From Silvanigrellaceae bacterium (GTDB taxonomy: Bacteria > Bdellovibrionota_B > Oligoflexia > Silvanigrellales > Silvanigrellaceae): a stretch of DNA of 44,556 nt. This document shows positions 28,820 through 37,848 of the stretch, piece by piece. The number at the start of each line of letters is the position of its first letter. The first letter of the stretch is position 1. The notes beneath the pieces were generated by a model. It had not been told where the DNA came from. It saw only the letters and a program-made list of their open reading frames with translations, and did no database searches. The position numbers and the translations under genes are program-made. The stretch covers positions 1-44,556 of the forward strand of contig JBMSQQ010000018.1 of assembly GCA_049423385.1 (NCBI GenBank), read 5' to 3'.

Positions 28820-31501
28820 TCAAGCCAATGACTGCAAACTGGCCTGCAAGACAGAAAGTTCTTTCTCGTTGCTTGCAAGCTGCTCACGAGCACCTGCAAC
28901 AATATGCGCCGGTGCAGATTTGACGAATTCCTCATTGGACAAACGCTTGCGGATGCCTTCGAGCGTCTGCTCAACTTTCTGGATTTTCTTGGTCAAGCGG
29001 TCGCGTTCGGCTGCCGGATCAACAAATCCCGTGAGATCGACAAACACCTCCATTCCACCCGCAAGTGCAGTGCCACACAGAGCAGGACGCTGATCAGAAA
29101 AGGTGAATGCCGCGCGGGCGAGAAATTCCATTTGCGGAACCATGAGTCCGAAACGTTGCCGGGATGAATTGATTGTGACCTTGAGATCGGCCCCCGGATG
29201 GATCGCAAATTGTCCACGCACGGCGCGAACGGCTCCAACAACCGATTGCACCTCGCGCATGGCTGCGATGGCATTTGTATCAATGAATCCAGGCTGTGGA
29301 CGCGGCAAGACTGCATGACCCAGGGTATTTCCTTGATGGTCACCCAAATTCTGCCAAATTTGCTCGGTGACAAAAGGCATCACTGGGTGCAGCAGGCGCA
29401 AAATCCCATCCAGAAGCTGGAGTGCGGTGCGGATGGACTCATTCGCCAGCTGCCTTTGCTCGGCAGTCATGCCTTCCGGATCAGCAAACCGGGGCTTGCA
29501 CAATTCTACAAACCAATCGCAGTAAACCATCCAGACAAATTCATACAAAGACGATGTGTAGTTTGAAAATTCGAGCCTCTGGATACTGTCGTGAGCTTTT
29601 TGCACGACAGCAAAAAATTCAGATGTCACCCAACCCAGCAGGGTGTCTGATGGTTTCGCAGTCAGCTGATCGAAACTTACACCTGCCGAATCGATTCCAT
29701 GCTTTTCGGCATTCATCAACAGAAACCGCGTCGCGTTCCAAATCTTGTTGGCAAATGTGCGGCCCAGTTCGCATGCGTCGTCCGCCCAAAGGATGTCTTG
29801 CCCCAATACGACCTGATTGATCACGCTGAAGCGAAGGGCATCGGTTCCATATTTGGCAATCAGCTGATTCACATCAGGACTGTTGCCGAGGGACTTGCTC
29901 ATTTTGCGCCCCTTGGAATCGCGAATGATGGGCGTAAAATAAACGTCCTTGAACGATGTCTTGTCTGTAAAATATCCACCCGCCATGATCATCCGGGCGA
30001 TCCAGAAAAAGATGATATCCGGACCGGTGACAATAATGTCTGTCGGATAAAAATACTCGAGATCCTTCTTTTGCTCTTCGCTCGGGTTTGCCCAGTTGTG
30101 CACACCAAACGGCCACAACCAACTGCTGGCCCAAGTATCGAGGCAATCAGAATCCTGCTTCAGATCGGCGTGCCCGCACTTTTCGCACCCGGTGGGTTGC
30201 TGCTCTGCGCACGTCACATGCCCACACGATTGACATGTGTACATGGGCATTTGATGACCCCACCAAAGCTGGCGCGAGATGCACCAATCCTTGATGTTTG
30301 TCAGCCAGTATTCCCAAATCTTTTCCATGTGCGGAGGATGCAGCTTGAGCTGGCCACTGCGGGTCGCATTGAGGGCAATCTCTGCCAACTTGTCCATTTT
30401 GATGTACCACTGTTCGCTCAAGTAATACTCAATGGGCACACCACCACGCTCAGAAATGCCAACAACCATCTTGTGGGGTGCTGTTTTTTCCAGAAGCCCA
30501 AGGGATTCAAGTTCGGCGACCAGTTTCTTGCGCGCAACAAAGCGATCGAGCCCCTGATATGCCTGCGGAACCTTGTCGTTCAAGGTTGCATCGGGATTCA
30601 TCACGTTGAGCAGGCCCAATTTGTGACGCTCTCCAACCGCAAAGTCATTCATGTCGTGGGCAGGAGTGATTTTCACCACACCGGTACCGAATTCCTTTTC
30701 CACATATGTATCGGCGATGACAGGAATGCTTCGGTTGCAAACCGGAACAATAACTTTGTTGCCAATCAACTTTGAATAGCGCTCATCGTCGGGATGAACC
30801 GCGACGGCAAGGTCGCCAAAAAGAGTTTCGGGACGCGTTGTCGCCACAACAAGAAACTCGCCCGTCTTGCCTTCAACAGGATACCGGATGTGCCAAAGAT
30901 TTCCATTCCGCTCTTCGGGATTCACCTCTTCATCGGAAATGACCGATTGGCTGACAGGACACCAGTTCACCAAACGATGACCACGGTAGATCAAGCCATC
31001 CTTGTAGAGTTTCACAATCGCCTTGATTACGGCACGGGAATAATCGGGCGACATGGTGAAAACTTCCCTGTCCCAATCGCAGCTCACGCCGAGCGTTTTG
31101 AGCAGTGAAACAATACGGCCTCCGTATTTTTCCTTCCATTGCCAGGCATGCTTGAGAAACTCTTCCCGACCTATGTCCCGCTTGTTGATTCCCTGTTCGG
31201 TCAACATCTTGGTCACCTTGGCTTCGGTCGCGATGCTCGCGTGGTCGGTGCCCGGTATCCAGCACGCTTCCTTGCCGTTGGCACGGTTCCAGCGGATGAG
31301 GATGTCCTGCAGTGTGTTGTTGAGCACATGCCCCATCGTCAGATCGCCGGTGACATTCGGCGGGGGCATGACAATCGTGTACGCCTGCTTTGACGAATCG
31401 CGCTTGGCCCTGAAAAACTTGTGACTTTCCCAGTAATTCCTCAAACCTGCTTCAATCTGGCCAGGTTCAAATGGTTTTTCAAAAGCGTCACGTCGAGCCA
31501 C
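28820..31501 (-). CDS. valS: Valine--tRNA ligase
   Basis: PPPNVTGDLTMGH (HIGH variant), DWCISRQLWWGH, KMSKS, C-terminal coiled coil; start set at GTG 31501. Confidence 0.97.
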   Translation of the reverse strand: MARRDAFEKPFEPGQIEAGLRNYWESHKFFRAKRDSSKQAYTIVMPPPNVTGDLTMGHVLNNTLQDILIRWNRANGKEACWIPGTDHASIATEAKVTKMLTEQGINKRDIGREEFLKHAWQWKEKYGGRIVSLLKTLGVSCDWDREVFTMSPDYSRAVIKAIVKLYKDGLIYRGHRLVNWCPVSQSVISDEEVNPEERNGNLWHIRYPVEGKTGEFLVVATTRPETLFGDLAVAVHPDDERYSKLIGNKVIVPVCNRSIPVIADTYVEKEFGTGVVKITPAHDMNDFAVGERHKLGLLNVMNPDATLNDKVPQAYQGLDRFVARKKLVAELESLGLLEKTAPHKMVVGISERGGVPIEYYLSEQWYIKMDKLAEIALNATRSGQLKLHPPHMEKIWEYWLTNIKDWCISRQLWWGHQMPMYTCQSCGHVTCAEQQPTGCEKCGHADLKQDSDCLDTWASSWLWPFGVHNWANPSEEQKKDLEYFYPTDIIVTGPDIIFFWIARMIMAGGYFTDKTSFKDVYFTPIIRDSKGRKMSKSLGNSPDVNQLIAKYGTDALRFSVINQVVLGQDILWADDACELGRTFANKIWNATRFLLMNAEKHGIDSAGVSFDQLTAKPSDTLLGWVTSEFFAVVQKAHDSIQRLEFSNYTSSLYEFVWMVYCDWFVELCKPRFADPEGMTAEQRQLANESIRTALQLLDGILRLLHPVMPFVTEQIWQNLGDHQGNTLGHAVLPRPQPGFIDTNAIAAMREVQSVVGAVRAVRGQFAIHPGADLKVTINSSRQRFGLMVPQMEFLARAAFTFSDQRPALCGTALAGGMEVFVDLTGFVDPAAERDRLTKKIQKVEQTLEGIRKRLSNEEFVKSAPAHIVAGAREQLASNEKELSVLQASLQSLA

Positions 31502-31596
31502 GGTTTCCCCCAGAGCAAGTTTTGGTTTTGCACGGACTCTGTGTACCATTCTGCAAAGCGAGTTCAAAACTTTCTCGAAAAAGGAGTCATGGCCGG

Positions 31597-32367
31597 ATGC
31601 CAGCCAACTGGAATGTTTCCTGGTCAGGTGCCACAGACCAAGGCAAAGTCCGCTCACAGAACCAGGACAATTATTATGGAGACCCCCGCGGTCGATTCTT
31701 GATTGTGGCCGATGGAATGGGCGGGCATTCAGGTGGAGAAATCGCCAGCCAGATTACGGTTGATGCCGTGATTGGTGTGCTGAATGAGGTGGATTGGGAT
31801 GACCTGCCTTCAGCAGAAGAACTCGTCGACCAGTGTGTTAAAGCAGCGACAGACGGACTCAAGGAATGGGTGAAGACTCACCCGGATCAATCGGACCTCG
31901 GGACAACTTTGCTGTTGTGGATTCGTTCCCATGGACGAGTGATCCTGGCCAGCCTTGGGGACAGTCGTATTTATTTGCTGCGGGAAAACCGCCTCTTCCA
32001 AATCACTTTCGATCAAACAATAGAGTCCGAGCTGCGGCGGCGTGGCGCGACCCGCGACCAGGCCTTCAAAAGTCCAGGTTCAGCGTACCTTTCGCGATGC
32101 ATACTCGCCTCACGAATCTGCGAGCCCGACATCATCTCCATCGACAGTCGTGATTCGGACGTATGGATGCTTTGTTCCGACGGATTGACCCGTGAAGTCG
32201 ACAATGAGGTCATACACGAGATGATGACGCGTCTCTTCCAGAGGCCTCCCCGGGACACGGTGCATGCTTTGGTTGAACGCGCGTTGCAAAATGGCGGTCG
32301 CGACAATGTGACCGTGGTGGTGGCAAAGCTCAACTCAACCACACAAATCAACGTTGAAAATCTTTAA
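31597..32367 (+). CDS. PP2C/PPM Ser/Thr phosphatase (Stp1/PrpC-like)
   Basis: TDQGKVRSQNQD, VADGMGGHSGGEIAS, GTT, GDSRIY, LCSDGL, GGRDNVT; start at ATG 31597. Confidence 0.92.
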   Translation: MPANWNVSWSGATDQGKVRSQNQDNYYGDPRGRFLIVADGMGGHSGGEIASQITVDAVIGVLNEVDWDDLPSAEELVDQCVKAATDGLKEWVKTHPDQSDLGTTLLLWIRSHGRVILASLGDSRIYLLRENRLFQITFDQTIESELRRRGATRDQAFKSPGSAYLSRCILASRICEPDIISIDSRDSDVWMLCSDGLTREVDNEVIHEMMTRLFQRPPRDTVHALVERALQNGGRDNVTVVVAKLNSTTQINVENL

Positions 32368-32401
32368 AAAATCGCAAAAAATAAAATTTGATTTGGATGT
32401 T

Positions 32402-32488
32402 TGGTGCCCAGAGAGAGACTCGAACTCTCACGACCTTGCGATCGGTGGATTTTGAATCCACTGCGTCTACCGATTCCGCCATCTGGGC
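32402..32488 (-). tRNA. tRNA-Leu(CAA)
   Basis: GCCCAGA/TCTGGGC acceptor stem + ACCA; anticodon arm GTGGA-TTCAAAA-TCCAC; long variable arm; GTTCGAG T-loop. Confidence 0.97.
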
Positions 32489-32578
32489 TCACGAGGACTG
32501 TCAGCCGAATCACACCGACCTTTTGTGCTTGACTGGAATCAGGGTACACTTTGGTCAATCGTCTTCGGGACAGCCTAG

Positions 32579-32608
32579 GGTGTACGATTGCGGCGGTGGC
32601 GTTGTCAA
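32579..32608 (-). promoter_or_regulatory. Possible sigma70 promoter for tRNA-Leu
   Basis: TTGACA-18 nt-TACACC on the minus strand, ~90 nt upstream of the tRNA. Confidence 0.35.
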
Positions 32609-32662
32609 GTTGGGCGGACACCGACATTTCGATAAGCTGCAACATGGCGATTTTGGGAGGGA

Positions 32663-33142
32663 TTGAACTTGGAATACGTTGTTCAGGAACACAATGGGGC
32701 GCACTGGGTCACACTTTCCGGCGTTATCAACGAAGACGCCGAAATGCCTCTGAAAAAGGTGACCGAGGAGCTTGAAGGCTCGAAAATGGTGATTTTCAAC
32801 TTCAAGAACGTAAAGTCGGTGAACTCTCTGGGCGTGCGAGCCTGGGTGACATTCCTGCGCGGAGTGGACGGAGCCGCTGGAAGAACCGTTTACTTTGCCG
32901 AGTGTATTCCCGACATCATCATGCAGATCAACATGATACCGAGCTTTCTTGGCAAGGCCTCCATTTTGAGCTTCTACGTGAACTATGTGTCCACGGCGAC
33001 AAATAAAACCCACCGGGTTTTGATTGAAACCAAAGACCTCGCTCCGCAATCCATTCCGGCTGCACCCAACTGCCCTGATACCGGAACCCCCATGGAAACC
33101 GAAGAACTCGAAGAAGAATACTTTGCGTTTTTGATGCGTTGA
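32663..33142 (+). CDS. STAS/anti-sigma-antagonist-like protein
   Basis: LSGVINED..VIFNFKNVKSVNSLGVRAW..; TTG start after GGAGG. Confidence 0.75.
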   Translation: MNLEYVVQEHNGAHWVTLSGVINEDAEMPLKKVTEELEGSKMVIFNFKNVKSVNSLGVRAWVTFLRGVDGAAGRTVYFAECIPDIIMQINMIPSFLGKASILSFYVNYVSTATNKTHRVLIETKDLAPQSIPAAPNCPDTGTPMETEELEEEYFAFLMR

Positions 33143-33251
33143 ATGTTTTTGACCAGCCCAAGTTAAAGTTTTCACCCTCCGGCATTTTCAAACTAAAGTT
33201 CTTTCCGGATTCGTCCGAACCCTCCCTCGCAAGAACAGGGAGGCCTATTGC

Positions 33252-34298
33252 ATGTCTGCTGTCGCAATACCAATCAGGGACATTTCCGAACAGGAACACA
33301 AAGATGCAGAACTTCTTGCGAAGTTTGAGGTGTTTCGCGATTTCACGCGGATCTTCCTCGACGGCTTTGTGTTGATCAACTCGCAGCGGAAAATCCTGAA
33401 ATTCAACCAGGGTTTGTGCGCGGCCTTTGGCGTTAAAGCCATCGACGTGAAAAAACTCAACACCATCGATGACCTCATCAACATGCCAAATCCAAGCGGA
33501 GTTGGCAGCGCCGTGGATGAAATCATGAAAGCCGCTGGCCCTCTGCGTATTGATGAAATTCAGGCGACCCGCAACAACGGCGAAAACTGCTACCAGCTGA
33601 TTGTCGGAAGCTATCCGTTTTTCGATTCGAAAGGTGAGTTCATTGGTGCCTGCATTATACTTCGCGACGTGACCGCAGAAACCAACCTCCAGGGCAAGTA
33701 CAAGGAAAAATCGATTCAAAGTGTCACCGATCCTCTGACCGGATTGTACTTGCGGCGATATTTCGAAGAACAAGTTGATTCGGCAATGATGAAACTTAAA
33801 GAGATGAATCAACCCCCGGCAATTGGAATTTTGATGTTCGACCTCGACAAGTTCAAGAGCATCAACGACACATTCGGCCACCAGGCGGGTGACTTCGTGT
33901 TGGTGGAAACTGCGAAAATTCTAAACAGTGTATCGCGGAAGACAGACATCGTTGGTCGCTACGGAGGCGAGGAAATCCTGATTGTCGTGTTTGGCGCAAC
34001 CCGCGAAGGATGTTGTCAGGCCGCGGAGAAATTCCGTATTGCCGTTGAGGAACATGAGTTTATTTTTGAAGGCAAACGCGTTCCGGTGAGCACCTCTGTG
34101 GGGGTCAGCCTTTTCACCGACCTGAACGACAGCCGCGAGAACGTGGTCGCACGCGCAGACAAATGCCTCTACGCTGCGAAAGCAAACGGAAGAAATGCGG
34201 TGTACTGCGACTTCGGCGAAAAGCCTGATCCTGAACGGGTGACTCCGGAAGGCCAAGGTGGACGTCCGGATCTTGGTGCTGCAGGTTTTGGTCACTGA
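33252..34298 (+). CDS. PAS-GGDEF diguanylate cyclase
   Basis: PAS/PAC (..ILRDVT), DPLTGLY, DLDKFKSINDTFGHQAGD, I-site RKTD, A-site GGEEI. Confidence 0.92.
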   Translation: MSAVAIPIRDISEQEHKDAELLAKFEVFRDFTRIFLDGFVLINSQRKILKFNQGLCAAFGVKAIDVKKLNTIDDLINMPNPSGVGSAVDEIMKAAGPLRIDEIQATRNNGENCYQLIVGSYPFFDSKGEFIGACIILRDVTAETNLQGKYKEKSIQSVTDPLTGLYLRRYFEEQVDSAMMKLKEMNQPPAIGILMFDLDKFKSINDTFGHQAGDFVLVETAKILNSVSRKTDIVGRYGGEEILIVVFGATREGCCQAAEKFRIAVEEHEFIFEGKRVPVSTSVGVSLFTDLNDSRENVVARADKCLYAAKANGRNAVYCDFGEKPDPERVTPEGQGGRPDLGAAGFGH

Positions 34299-34951
34299 GC
34301 CTCTCTTGGGTTGTAGAACATCTCGGCGTTTAATTTTATTGAATTCAAAGTCATCAACACCCACTCATCGAGTGGGTGTTGTGTTTTTTCCGGCAAATCA
34401 ACAGGGGCAAAATCGACCCTGATCCGACTGAACGGAAAGGGCACTATGAAACGATCCCATGACTTGAGGCGAATGCACCAGCCCGTTGAACGCGGAAAAG
34501 TGGGAGTGACCTCGCATTTCAAAAGAAACAGCGAACCTGTGGCGTGCCACGCGCAGACGGCAACACCTGGCTTGGGAACGAGACGAGGCCCCCGTGGGCC
34601 ATCGAATGTGATGGCCACCGGTTGGCCTTGGGCAACTGCGTTCTTGAGCTCCGCGAGTGCTTGTTTCCCCCCCCTGCTGGACGACCCCCTGACCAGGGTG
34701 AAGCCTCTTTTCGCAAGAAATCGAGAAGCAAATTCACCATCCGAACTCAAACTGGCGAGCAGAGTCGCCGGGCGATTTCTATAGCCCAGGGCACCCAACA
34801 ATATCGTGTGGTGTGGCACGGCAAAAACTGGCACGCGACCGCTTGCCAAATCCTGGTCAACCAATTCAAGTCCATGAATTTCCATGCGAACTGTCCAGCA
34901 CCACAACCTCCAGATGCATTCCAAGAGGACCGACAGAAACAAATTCATCAT
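34292..34951 (-). CDS. DUF374 / lysophospholipid acyltransferase-like protein
   Basis: LASLSSDGE, VRGSSSRGG, ITFDGPRGP..KPG, KSWDRFIVPFPF. Confidence 0.85.
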   Translation of the reverse strand: MMNLFLSVLLECIWRLWCWTVRMEIHGLELVDQDLASGRVPVFAVPHHTILLGALGYRNRPATLLASLSSDGEFASRFLAKRGFTLVRGSSSRGGKQALAELKNAVAQGQPVAITFDGPRGPRLVPKPGVAVCAWHATGSLFLLKCEVTPTFPRSTGWCIRLKSWDRFIVPFPFSRIRVDFAPVDLPEKTQHPLDEWVLMTLNSIKLNAEMFYNPREAQ

Positions 34952-35056
34952 CTCACCTTTGGCACTTGCGACCACTCAAATCAGAAAGGCGCTTTAGCAA
35001 ACTTGCCCACCTGACGATACATGGAATGACGAGGGTTTTTCCAGTGATTTCGGCAT

Positions 35057-36694
35057 ATGGCTTGTCGAAAATGGAAGCCCGACGATTTTGAGGTGCGCGT
35101 GGGAGCATTGCGGAGGTCGTTCCAGATTTGCTCGGTTGGACTATTCGCTGTTTCTGCGATGGCACAGGCAGCATCAGTGGCCGTCCCACATGCGTCTGCG
35201 CATGCGGGTGGTCGGGAAAGTGCGGAGTCAAAAGCCAAAAAGCTTGTTGAAAGTGCGCGAATCCTGATCGCCAACGCAATTCCCGAGGAGCGGATTGTTG
35301 CCGAACAACAACTGGTCGAAGCAACGCGTTTGTGTCGCTCATGTGCACAGGCTTATGCTGAGCTCGGCCGTCTTTGGTTGACGGATTATTCACTTGGAAG
35401 AGCCGGAATTTCGGCTCTGCAAAAAGCTGCCTCTATGGCCGAATCCACCAAGGATCTCGAGCCGAACAGTCCTGTGGGTGAATATCTCGGAGTTGAAGTC
35501 CTTCTCTCGATTGGTCGACAAACCGAAGCATTCCGACTCTACAGCAGCGCACGACAAAATTTTCCGGAACACGTTGAGACACTCGCGTTCGATGCACGCC
35601 TTTGGGCCGAAGCCAAACCGGAAATCGCGCTTGTTGCCGCACAATTGGCGTTGTCGCGCGGCTATCCGATTCAGGAATTGTCGCCGTGGATTGGCAACGC
35701 GATTGTTAAAATTGCTGGCGAAGACAAAAGCGGAGCAGCTCTTCAGAGCTTTGCCGAAGTTTACCCTGACAGGTGGCTTTGGCATCGAGCTGCAATGGCA
35801 CATGCCATGCAAAAAAACTGGAGCAATGCAAAACACTGTTTTGAAAAGGCCATGGCACTTGGGAACAACCTGGAAAGTCCGCTCCAGTTGAGCATCCTTG
35901 AATATAAAGAGATGAACGCGGCAAAAGCGGGAGCGCACCGGCTTGAGGCTCTATTGAAGGTTGTCGACAGCCAGAAACATCTGAGTCAGGATTCACGAGC
36001 CTTGGTGGAAAGTCATGCGGCATTTGCTCATCTGGCTGCTGGTGACAAGCAGTCTGCACGTTCTCATGCTGAGAAAGCTTTGGATCTGAGCATGAACAAT
36101 GAAGCGCGAATCCTGCAGATTGTAGATGCTTTCAGGACTGTCAATCAGCTCAGTTTGATTCGCGATGCACTTCATCGGGTGGCATTGAACAACCCGCTGG
36201 TTGAAGATGCCCACCTGGCTCTGGCCATGATTTCTTCGGAATCCAAGGATTACCAGAGCACAATTGAACACCTGAGCTCGGCGATTGCTTTGGCACCCGA
36301 ACGTGACGACCTCTATTCCGCGCGCGGACAAGCTTCGTACATGGCAACCAAATACGAAGTTGCGCTGCAGGATTTTGACACTGCAATCAAGCAAAAGCCT
36401 GAACATGCGACTTATCACTACAACAGAGCCTGTCTTCTGAGTCTGCTGGGGAGAAAATCGGAAGCTTATGAGAGTCTCAAGATTGCAGTCGTGATGAACC
36501 AAAGTTTTCGCGACCAGGCAGGATTGGACAGCGACCTGGACAACCTTCGGCGTGACAAGGATTTCGAATCCCGTTTGAACCAGCTTGGCATCACGATCCA
36601 GACGACAGTTGCGAAGAAACAATCTCCAAGTGCTGCATCACAACAGTCCAGTCCAACTTCAATGCAACGCCTTCGACCAGGCAAGGCCGAATAG
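35057..36694 (+). CDS. Probably secreted TPR-repeat protein
   Basis: Multiple TPR-like helical repeats; C-terminal YNRACLLSLLG..DSDLDNLR cap; N-terminal hydrophobic stretch. Start uncertain. Confidence 0.8.
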   Translation: MACRKWKPDDFEVRVGALRRSFQICSVGLFAVSAMAQAASVAVPHASAHAGGRESAESKAKKLVESARILIANAIPEERIVAEQQLVEATRLCRSCAQAYAELGRLWLTDYSLGRAGISALQKAASMAESTKDLEPNSPVGEYLGVEVLLSIGRQTEAFRLYSSARQNFPEHVETLAFDARLWAEAKPEIALVAAQLALSRGYPIQELSPWIGNAIVKIAGEDKSGAALQSFAEVYPDRWLWHRAAMAHAMQKNWSNAKHCFEKAMALGNNLESPLQLSILEYKEMNAAKAGAHRLEALLKVVDSQKHLSQDSRALVESHAAFAHLAAGDKQSARSHAEKALDLSMNNEARILQIVDAFRTVNQLSLIRDALHRVALNNPLVEDAHLALAMISSESKDYQSTIEHLSSAIALAPERDDLYSARGQASYMATKYEVALQDFDTAIKQKPEHATYHYNRACLLSLLGRKSEAYESLKIAVVMNQSFRDQAGLDSDLDNLRRDKDFESRLNQLGITIQTTVAKKQSPSAASQQSSPTSMQRLRPGKAE

Positions 36695-36756
36695 TCGCAG
36701 AATTCAAAATCCTCTCTCGTCAGCTTTGACACGCTGGAGTTGGGCCCCAACCCAAC

Positions 36757-37848
36757 TCAGTTTTTGACTGGATATTCGCGGGTGTCGATCAGCAAACTTG
36801 CACCCGCAGCCAATGGATCGGAGTTGGACTCCTTGCGGATTAAAAGTATGGCGGAGTCTTCATTCGATTTTGAAGGCTCGAAACGAATCACATGCAACTC
36901 CGAACCACCAGGACCTGTCAGGTGCATGCCGATTTTCAATCCATAGGCGAGGCCCCTGTCGACAGTCACAAAGCGACCTTCCCTCTTGATGACCTTGATA
37001 TTTTTCTCGGTCAGCGAATGAACCATTGAAGAGAGTTCCTGGCTAACCATTCCAGCGATTCTTTCAGGATGAAACGGCTCCGGTTTTTCTGTTGAAAGTT
37101 CCCTGGCTTTGAGTGTGGAATTGAATGGCAGTGCGATAAAGCCAATTTTCCCCGACATCATGGGCCACTTCTGGGGTTCCTTGGGACGCAGCCCTTGCAA
37201 GCGAACCTTGACCTGCCGATGGCCCTTTTTCAGAACCACACCCACATCGTTTTGTTTTGCTGGTGAAGCCTCGCCTTTCTTGTCCGACTTCTTGATCTCC
37301 TTGAAACAGGCGAGGCCTGACAAATCCGAATGAACAACCAAGCCATCGGAAGACAATTTTTCAGCAAGCGCAGATTCGCTCAACCAAGCCAACGCGGGCC
37401 CCCAGTATCCGAAGGTCTCGAGAGACAGACGCACAGGTGACCTGAGGTTGTCGAACTTTCGAGCTGCAGCCTCCTTGAGCCTGTTGGCATCCTGCCCCGC
37501 AAGTCCAGACGGCAAGGTCGCGGACCATTCGCTGCCCCAAACGATATTGCTACCCAACAATTGACATGAATCTTTTCGAATCAAGACTGCAATCCTGGCG
37601 AGTTCTCCACTGTCAAACTTCGAGCCACCGGGAAAGACAAAATAAGTTTGCAGCAATCCGTCGAAAGATTCCTGCCAATCGTAAAACCTTGAATTGCGAA
37701 AAGCGCCGACCTTGATTTCCTCGCCAGGACTTGCATTCCAGAGCTTGACGAGACCAGCGCGGAACTCGCTCATGACCTTCTGGTGCTTCACCAATCGCTC
37801 GGCTTCATATGGAATCACCTGCGTCGGAGGAACAAAAAGCAAAGGCAT
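36757..37848 (-). CDS. Hypothetical protein with possible FlgT-C-like C-terminal beta domain
   Basis: TGATG coupling to the upstream gene; VIKREGRFVTVDRGLAYGLKIGMHL resembles FlgT C-terminal-type domains. Confidence 0.6.
   Translation of the reverse strand: MPLLFVPPTQVIPYEAERLVKHQKVMSEFRAGLVKLWNASPGEEIKVGAFRNSRFYDWQESFDGLLQTYFVFPGGSKFDSGELARIAVLIRKDSCQLLGSNIVWGSEWSATLPSGLAGQDANRLKEAAARKFDNLRSPVRLSLETFGYWGPALAWLSESALAEKLSSDGLVVHSDLSGLACFKEIKKSDKKGEASPAKQNDVGVVLKKGHRQVKVRLQGLRPKEPQKWPMMSGKIGFIALPFNSTLKARELSTEKPEPFHPERIAGMVSQELSSMVHSLTEKNIKVIKREGRFVTVDRGLAYGLKIGMHLTGPGGSELHVIRFEPSKSNEDSAILLIRKESNSDPLAAGASLLIDTREYPVKN

Noticed and set aside
29699..30775. Long antisense ORFs (358 aa here; also 24381-25277, 32928-33881, 8303-9184, 20570-21340, 43744-44517)
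   Set aside because: They lie opposite well-supported genes, carry no motifs, and are expected from codon bias.
31471..31657. Apparent head-to-head overlap of valS and PP2C (likewise dacB/fumarase at 15931-16055)
   Set aside because: The overlap disappears when SD-supported downstream starts are used.
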